From positions 1 through 12,441 of the forward strand of contig CACZRT010000085.1 of assembly GCA_902783585.1 (NCBI GenBank): a stretch of DNA of 12,441 bases. Reading direction: 5' to 3'. The notes below the pieces were generated by a model, which had not been told where the DNA came from, made no database searches, and saw only the letters and a list, made by a program, of their open reading frames with translations. This stretch comes from an uncultured Lachnospiraceae bacterium (lineage in GTDB: Bacteria > Bacillota > Clostridia > Lachnospirales > Lachnospiraceae). Positions 7,512-12,441 of this stretch are shown here, piece after piece. Every line of letters begins with the position of its first letter. The first letter of the stretch is position 1. The position numbers and the translations under genes are program-made.

Positions 7512-8831
7512 ATGGCAAAAGAGAAACGAAAGGATCAGCAGCAAGAGGCTGATCAGGATAGACAATCTACAAATAAAGTGATTCATTTTGGCGGACGGCA
7601 GATCAAGGTGGATGAAGAACAAGACGAGGAGACGGCGGAGAATTCCCGAAAAGGGTTTTCCATCGGTATGCTCGTTTTGATTCTTGTAGGCGGTGTTCTG
7701 CTGGGATTTCTGGCATTCTATATCGTCAACCGCACACGGGAGTATAATGATTTCGAAGTGCTTTCCGAGACTCCGGGAAATGATGCGACCCGTATGACTT
7801 ATGAAGCATACAATGACAGTCTGATCAAATACAGTCAGGAGGGAATCACGTATCTTGACAAGGATGGTCAGGCCATCTGGGTGGAAAGCTATAAGATGAA
7901 GCAGCCGGTGGCAGTGGTGTCGGACAAGTATATTGCCGTTGCTGATCTGAATGGCAACAGTGTCTACATTTTCAATGAAAACGGACGCGTAAATTACATG
8001 GAGACGCCGTACACCATCTGTAATATTGACGTTGCCTCGCAGGGCGTCTTTGCGGTGGTCTTGGAAAATGAGACCGAGAATTATATCGAGATCTATGACA
8101 AGAACGGGCAGGAGATCGCTAAGCACCGGACGACGATCGCGGACAGCGGGTATCCGATGGATATTACACTATCCAATGACGGAACGAAGCTGATGACAAG
8201 CTTTGTTACGGTCAACGGTGTTACGGTTGAGAATTCCATTGCGGCATATAATTACGGAGATGTGGGGCAGAATGTTGCGGATCGTTTGGTGGGCGGATTC
8301 AATAATCTGGGAGACACCATTGTTCCGAAGATTGAATTCCTGTCCAATGACGTTGCCTGTGCATTTGGAGATAATCAATTTATCGTATACAGTATGCGGG
8401 AGAAACCGAGCGAGAAGGCGAGGATTACCGATTTTCAAGGGGAGATCCAGAGTATCTTCTATAACAGTAAGTATATAGGAGTTGTGGAACGAACCAGCTC
8501 CATGCTTGCGGACGATGCCGGTGATGAGAGCCTGTCTCCATATTTGATCCGTGTCTATAATACGAATGGCAACTTGCAGTTCTCTAAGCCATTGGAGTTT
8601 TCTTATAATTATTTATATGCGACGGAGGATGAGCTGATCGTGGTCGGAATGTCTGAATGCCGGATCTATGATTTCAGTGGAAGGCTGAAGTTCAGCTACA
8701 GCTTCCCGAAGGAGGTTGTGAACCTGATCCCGACGGGCAATCCGGAGCAGTATATCGTCGTATTTGATGATGCGACGGAAATGATTCATCTGTTGTATGT
8801 CGAGGAAGAGGATACGACGGAGGCACAGTAG
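7512..8831 (+). CDS. Membrane-anchored protein (439 aa): a charged N-terminal cytoplasmic tail, one TM helix, and an extracytoplasmic domain built from repeated beta-propeller-like blades. It may be DUF5711-like.
   Basis: TM: FSIGMLVLILVGGVLLGFLAFYIV. At least five blade-like repeats with the pattern h-x-h-Y-[DN]-x-[ND]-G-x-h-x-[FWY]: ITYLDKDGQAIW, SVYIFNENGRVNY, YIEIYDKNGQEIA, LIRVYNTNGNLQF, CRIYDFSGRLKF. Confidence 0.8.
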   Translation: MAKEKRKDQQQEADQDRQSTNKVIHFGGRQIKVDEEQDEETAENSRKGFSIGMLVLILVGGVLLGFLAFYIVNRTREYNDFEVLSETPGNDATRMTYEAYNDSLIKYSQEGITYLDKDGQAIWVESYKMKQPVAVVSDKYIAVADLNGNSVYIFNENGRVNYMETPYTICNIDVASQGVFAVVLENETENYIEIYDKNGQEIAKHRTTIADSGYPMDITLSNDGTKLMTSFVTVNGVTVENSIAAYNYGDVGQNVADRLVGGFNNLGDTIVPKIEFLSNDVACAFGDNQFIVYSMREKPSEKARITDFQGEIQSIFYNSKYIGVVERTSSMLADDAGDESLSPYLIRVYNTNGNLQFSKPLEFSYNYLYATEDELIVVGMSECRIYDFSGRLKFSYSFPKEVVNLIPTGNPEQYIVVFDDATEMIHLLYVEEEDTTEAQ

Positions 8832-8873
8832 CGGGAATGCCGGCACCGGTCCGCTGGATCAGAGGTTGAGTTG

Positions 8874-9569
8874 ATGAACATCTTATTGATAATCGTAATC
8901 ATCATAACGGGACTATGCGTATGGCGCGGGTTCGCGCGCGGGCTGTTCCGTACCGTACTGATCGCCGGCGCAACGATCCTGGCGATGGTGTTGTCTGCCT
9001 ATGCGACGCCGTATGTGAGTGAGGCGCTTAAGAACTATACACAGATTGATGAGAAAATGACCGACTATATCGTGTCGACCTTGGAGCTGAATACGGAGCA
9101 GCTGATCACCACCAAGACGGAAGAGATGACGGCGATCGATAATCTGCGCGTGCCGGAGGCTCTGAAGATGGCACTTGTGAATCATAACAATTCTTCCATG
9201 TATGACTTACTTGGAATTCATGGCTTCTATGAATATATCGCACAGTATCTGACCGGATTCTTCATGAATTGTCTCGCGTATGTGGTGATCCAGGTCGTGC
9301 TTACGGTATTTCTGATGATTCTATTATATTCTACCAATCTCCTCAAAGAGATTCCGATCATTAATGGAATTGATAAGATGGGCGGCGTGCTGCTGGGGCT
9401 TGTTCAGGCGTTGGCGATCATTTGGAGTGTCTTTGTGCTGATCTCGTTATTCGGTAATACGGAGTTCGGTATGCAGCTCTATGATCAGATCAGCGGGAAC
9501 TTCATTTTAAATTATCTGTATGAGCATAATCTTCTGTTGAATACCATCACTAAGATCGCGGGGCTGTAG
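8874..9569 (+). CDS. cvpA: CvpA-family membrane protein (colicin V production protein family, about 4-5 TM helices).
   Basis: N-terminal ILLIIVIIITGLCVWRGFARGLFRTVL matches the conserved CvpA start. Polytopic hydrophobic profile. GAGG sits 8 nt before the ATG at 8874; the TTG at 8871 given in the track is less likely. Only a 40-nt gap and no terminator after the upstream gene, so probably co-transcribed. Confidence 0.85.
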   Translation: MNILLIIVIIITGLCVWRGFARGLFRTVLIAGATILAMVLSAYATPYVSEALKNYTQIDEKMTDYIVSTLELNTEQLITTKTEEMTAIDNLRVPEALKMALVNHNNSSMYDLLGIHGFYEYIAQYLTGFFMNCLAYVVIQVVLTVFLMILLYSTNLLKEIPIINGIDKMGGVLLGLVQALAIIWSVFVLISLFGNTEFGMQLYDQISGNFILNYLYEHNLLLNTITKIAGL

Positions 9570-9580
9570 CCGGCGAAGGA

Positions 9581-9609
9581 TTGAATCAGAGGTTTATTCA
9601 TGATATAAT
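9581..9609 (+). promoter_or_regulatory. Strong sigma-A promoter for the flotillin gene: TTGAAT - 17 nt - TGaTATAAT (extended -10).
   Basis: TTGAAT at 9581-9586. TG at 9601-9602. TATAAT at 9604-9609. Predicts a ~115-nt 5' UTR containing an 11-nt direct repeat, TGCAGCATATA, at 9677-9687 and 9697-9707. Confidence 0.6.
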
Positions 9610-9727
9610 AGTGCGGTAAGATTTGATTGCGGAGGTATTCCTGCAAATCGGGTCATTCCATGGTTTTATGATCCATTGCAGCATATAGCCTGTGCATGCA
9701 GCATATACATATGAAGGAGGGAGCAAT

Positions 9728-11245
9728 ATGCCTGGGTTTACAAGTGGAGTTGTGATTGCAGTTGTTGTTCTGGTCGTCCTGCTTATCCTGTTTTTTCTGA
9801 TAGGATATGTGAAGGCACCGCCGGATATGGCGTACATCATTTCCGGTTTTAAGAAGAAGTCGAAGGTGGTCATCGGGCGGGCCAGCATCCGGATTCCGTT
9901 CTTTGAGCGATTGGATAAGCTGAATCTTCGGTTGATCTCTATTGATGTTAAGACGAGTTCTGCAGTTCCGACCTCGGATTACATTAACATTAATGTTGAT
10001 GCAACGGTCAATGTCAAGATCAGTAATGAACCGGATAAGCTGCGTCTGGCGGCAGAGAACTTCTTAAATAAGCCGACGGAATATATATCCTCTGTGGCAC
10101 GTGAGGTGCTGGAGGGTAATGTCCGTGAGATCGTCGGTAAGATGAAGTTAGAGGAAATGGTTTCCGACCGTCAGAAGTTCGCAAATCTGGTTAAGGAAAA
10201 TGCGGAGCCGGATCTCGCGGCAATGGGTCTTGATATTATCAGTTTTAACGTTCAAAACTTCGTGGACGGTAATGAGGTCATTGAGAACCTCGGTATTGAT
10301 AATATTGTTAAGATTAAGAAAGCGGCAGCAATCGCGCGTGCAGAATCCGAACGTGATATTAAGGTAGCACAGGCTGCAGCGGATAAAGAATCCAATGATG
10401 CGGCTGTTGCAGCGCAGACGGAGATTGCTAAGAAGCAGAATGAACTGGCGATCAAGAAATCTGAACTTATGATGGATGCTGATACGAAGCGGGCGATGGC
10501 AGATGCTGCGTATGAGATCCAGAAAGAGGAGCAACGTAAGACGATCGAGATCACGACGGCGAATGCAAACATTGCGAAGCAGGAACGTGAGATTGAATTA
10601 AAGCAAAAGGAAGTATCGGTAAGAGAACAGGCGTTAGAGGCAGAGGTTAAGAAACAGGCAGAAGCCGATAAATATGCAGCTCAACAGCGCTCCGATGCAG
10701 CTCTGTACCAGAGACAGAAGGAGGCAGAGGCGAAGCAGTTCGAGGCACAGCGTCAGGCAGAGGCCAGAAAAGCACAGGCAGAGGCTGAGCGTTATGCGAA
10801 GGAGCAGGAGGCTGCCGGTATCCGTGCAGTCGGTGAGGCGGAAGCAGCTGCCATTCAGGCTAAGGGTATTGCAGAAGCGGAAGCCATGGAGAAGAAGGCA
10901 GAGGCTTATGCGAAGTACAACAAGGCTGCTGTGGCTGAGATGATGATCAAGGTATTGCCGGATATTGCCGCAAAGGTTGCGGAACCGCTTGGCCAGATCG
11001 AGAAAATTACGATCATCGGCGGTGGGGACAGCGCGAACGGTGTTAATCAGGTGGCAGATAATGTTCCGGTTGTCATGGCAAAGGTGTTTGAGAGCATGAA
11101 ACAAACGACCGGTATTGATCTTGCTGAGATCATTAATGCAGATTCTTATGATGCCAAGGTGAACCGGAATATTAATGTGACAGGGTTAGAGGGCGTTACA
11201 GTCGTAACCAATCCTTCTAAGGATAATTCAAATGTGGAAGAGTAG
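9728..11245 (+). CDS. floT: Flotillin (SPFH/band-7 domain protein, FloT/YqiK type, about 505 aa).
   Basis: N-terminal TM (VVIAVVVLVVLLILFFLIGYV), an SPFH core, and a long Ala/Glu/Lys coiled-coil with flotillin-type EA repeats (AEAEAARIRAVGEAEAAAIQAKGIAEAEA). The true start is the ATG at 9728, with RBS GGAGGGAG 6 nt upstream; the ATG at 9692 in the track has no RBS. Confidence 0.95.
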   Translation: MPGFTSGVVIAVVVLVVLLILFFLIGYVKAPPDMAYIISGFKKKSKVVIGRASIRIPFFERLDKLNLRLISIDVKTSSAVPTSDYININVDATVNVKISNEPDKLRLAAENFLNKPTEYISSVAREVLEGNVREIVGKMKLEEMVSDRQKFANLVKENAEPDLAAMGLDIISFNVQNFVDGNEVIENLGIDNIVKIKKAAAIARAESERDIKVAQAAADKESNDAAVAAQTEIAKKQNELAIKKSELMMDADTKRAMADAAYEIQKEEQRKTIEITTANANIAKQEREIELKQKEVSVREQALEAEVKKQAEADKYAAQQRSDAALYQRQKEAEAKQFEAQRQAEARKAQAEAERYAKEQEAAGIRAVGEAEAAAIQAKGIAEAEAMEKKAEAYAKYNKAAVAEMMIKVLPDIAAKVAEPLGQIEKITIIGGGDSANGVNQVADNVPVVMAKVFESMKQTTGIDLAEIINADSYDAKVNRNINVTGLEGVTVVTNPSKDNSNVEE

Positions 11246-11309
11246 GAACGAATTTCCGCTGAGACCCAATATAATACATTTAGTTGACTAAACAGTTTCA
11301 TGAACGATG

Positions 11310-11335
11310 TGGGAGGGGATTTACCCCTCCCATTT
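11310..11335. terminator. GC-rich hairpin terminator for the flotillin transcript. It overlaps the stop codon of the convergent minus-strand gene and is effectively shared by both.
   Basis: tGGGAGGGG-ATTTA-CCCCTCCCa (9-bp stem, 5-nt loop) followed by TTT on the plus strand. The TAA stop of the minus gene (plus 11321-11323) lies in the loop. Confidence 0.7.
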
Positions 11336-12097
11336 CACATCCTTAACAGAATCAACCAATGTAAGCTTTGGAAGGAATTCTTCTTCCGGAACAAGGATGA
11401 TCTCGCCATTCTGATAATAACTCCAATGGTCGACCTCTTTCTTCTTATTCCAATTCATTTCCGTAATACGATAGAATTGCTTTGGCTGGATCGCTTCGTG
11501 ATTCCGCATAGCAGAAAAGCATTGCTCGAACAAATAATTTTCTAAAACAACTGATTTGACGACAAAGTCACGATTCGTTACGGCTTCGCAGATCTCGAGC
11601 TTGCATCTCTTGCGCGGCCGTTTTAATTTCTCATAGTATTGTTTACTGAAAAAGAGAATGATCAATAAGAATACAATACCAAACAGGATGCAGTTAATTA
11701 TAATTCTGATCGCCGGACCCAGAACAAGAGAGTCTTCCATGATACTGACCGGATACAGGTCTATATAATATAGGAGTAAAGCCGAAATCGGAAGACCAAT
11801 GATCAGTATAACGAATATATTCACGATCAGGGACAGGCGCTTGAGGTTCTTGGTATCCGCAAATACTCTGATTATATATGTAAGAATAGACACAGTGATC
11901 AGAGCGCATACCAGGTAGATCAAACCGGGAATGACAGGTTCCTCGAGCTTCAAAATCGGCGATTGAAAGCCGGGAATAAATGAGAACCATTGATTCAGCG
12001 TCTGAATCACACCGGGATCTCGTGCAATTGCGATCTGGACGACCAGACCCAAAACTGTGCTTGCGACAAATAAAATGATTTTACTAACTGTTTTCAT
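11321..12097 (-). CDS. Hypothetical membrane protein: about 4 N-terminal TM helices plus a ~100-aa C-terminal soluble domain.
   Basis: The start is probably the ATG at MKTV (plus 12095-12097), preceded by RBS AAAGGAAG. The longer track ORF begins at a TTG with no RBS. Hydrophobic helices run through aa ~5-160. No family recognised. Confidence 0.75.
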   Translation of the reverse strand: MKTVSKIILFVASTVLGLVVQIAIARDPGVIQTLNQWFSFIPGFQSPILKLEEPVIPGLIYLVCALITVSILTYIIRVFADTKNLKRLSLIVNIFVILIIGLPISALLLYYIDLYPVSIMEDSLVLGPAIRIIINCILFGIVFLLIILFFSKQYYEKLKRPRKRCKLEICEAVTNRDFVVKSVVLENYLFEQCFSAMRNHEAIQPKQFYRITEMNWNKKKEVDHWSYYQNGEIILVPEEEFLPKLTLVDSVKDVKWEG

Positions 12098-12273
12098 AAT
12101 GCTTCCTTTCTTATTAATGTATTTGAACAAATGGTAGCACTATATATGTCGAAAAGTCAAATTTTTACAAGAGTATTTTTTAATAATGAAGAAAATGGTT
12201 TTAATCATGAGGATTGGTCGTGAAATCAATGTAATGATAAGGAAGATGATCATAGTAGCAAAAAGGAGAATTG

Positions 12274-12327
12274 TTTTGAAAAAAATTCAAAAAAGGTGTT
12301 GACATTAGTATTTCACGATGTTATCAT
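12274..12327 (+). promoter_or_regulatory. Near-consensus sigma-A promoter with an A-tract UP element and an AT-rich inverted repeat: TTGACA - 17 nt - TGtTATCAT. It reads toward the right window edge and resembles an rRNA-operon promoter.
   Basis: TTGACA at 12299-12304. TG at 12319-12320. TATCAT at 12322-12327. Upstream A-tract containing the inverted repeat TTTTGAA-aaaaa-TTCAAAA at 12274-12292. The downstream leader holds a hairpin CTGACG...CGTCAG (12336-12360). At 12372-12396, CCTTGATAATTAAACAACAAGACAA resembles the Firmicute rrn leader boxA-like motif (B. subtilis-type TCTTTGAAAACTAAACAAGACAAAAC, recalled from memory). Confidence 0.5.
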
Positions 12328-12441
12328 AGTTCTTGCTGACGCGGAAAGACAACACGTCAGAACACAAAGAACCTTGATAATTAAACAACAAGACAACCCC
12401 GAAAATTCTTAAAGATTTTGAATTTTCAGTCCGAGCGTATA

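Noticed and set aside
7305-8126. A 273-aa antisense ORF covering the 3' end of the LysM gene, the intergenic promoter and the 5' half of the beta-propeller gene.
   Set aside because: The translation is His/Cys/Leu-rich and compositionally odd. It has no RBS and lies fully opposite well-supported genes and across their promoter. This is the typical spurious open antisense frame produced by codon bias.
9692-9727. An upstream in-frame ATG at 9692 that would extend flotillin by 12 aa (MHAAYTYEGGSN).
   Set aside because: There is no RBS in front of it. The ATG at 9728 has a near-perfect GGAGGGAG at 6-nt spacing and begins directly with the N-terminal TM helix, as expected for flotillins.
10148-11104. 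Three antisense ORFs (106-156 aa) and one out-of-frame sense ORF inside the flotillin gene.
   Set aside because: They are generated by the repetitive GCA/GAG (Ala/Glu) codons of the flotillin coiled-coil. The translations are Cys/Leu/Ser low-complexity and have no start signals.
12098-12130. A TTG start extending the minus-strand membrane protein by 11 aa (the track start at 12130).
   Set aside because: There is no RBS. The internal ATG at plus 12095-12097 is preceded by AAAGGAAG at ideal spacing.
1-12441. Scan for CRISPR arrays, tRNA genes, IS elements, integrases or long direct/inverted repeats.
   Set aside because: No regularly spaced repeats appear. There is no tRNA-like GTTCGAATC-type T-arm motif. 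There are no transposase or recombinase-like ORFs and no terminal inverted repeats. The region looks like stable chromosome rather than a mobile or accessory island.

Overview
This 12.4-kb window looks like a chromosomal segment from a spore-forming, low-to-mid-GC Firmicute, probably Clostridia. Supporting cues: GGAGG-type ribosome-binding sites, a yyaC sporulation gene, a FloT-type flotillin and the codon style. Eleven genes are dense and well supported. None is mobile; there are no transposases, integrases, CRISPR arrays or tRNAs, and the only structural-RNA hint is an rrn-like promoter/leader at the right edge.

Gene order:
- 1-2307 (+): C-terminal part of a polytopic sensor histidine kinase, open at the 5' window edge.
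- 2462-2776 (+): small two-TM protein.
- 2779-3189 (-): CBS-pair protein.
- 3427-3924 (+): YfcE/MJ0936-type metallophosphoesterase.
- 4052-5221 (+): coiled-coil / 2-TM / coiled-coil membrane protein of unknown function.
- 5218-5787 (-): YyaC sporulation protein.
- 6046-7407, 7512-8831, 8874-9569, 9728-11245 (all +): a co-directional block of envelope genes. In order: a bitopic protein with an apparently catalytically dead MPN/JAB-like cytoplasmic domain, a TM helix, an acidic Ser/Asp/Thr-rich linker and a C-terminal LysM domain; a membrane-anchored protein with repeated beta-propeller-like blades; CvpA; and a FloT/YqiK-type flotillin with its own strong internal promoter and a terminator.
- 11321-12097 (-): convergent membrane protein.
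- 12274-12396: a near-consensus sigma-A promoter with an A-tract UP element and a boxA-like leader, which looks like the start of an rRNA operon continuing beyond the window.

The most plausible candidate for an undescribed system is the four-gene block from the MPN-LysM protein to FloT. The MPN-like domain fused to an extracellular LysM is the single most unusual protein architecture here. Also worth a second look: an orphan plus-strand intrinsic terminator between yyaC and the LysM gene, two extremely tight convergent gene pairs, and a coiled-coil/2-TM protein with no recognisable family. All calls rest on reading the translated ORFs and the DNA by eye; no searches were run.
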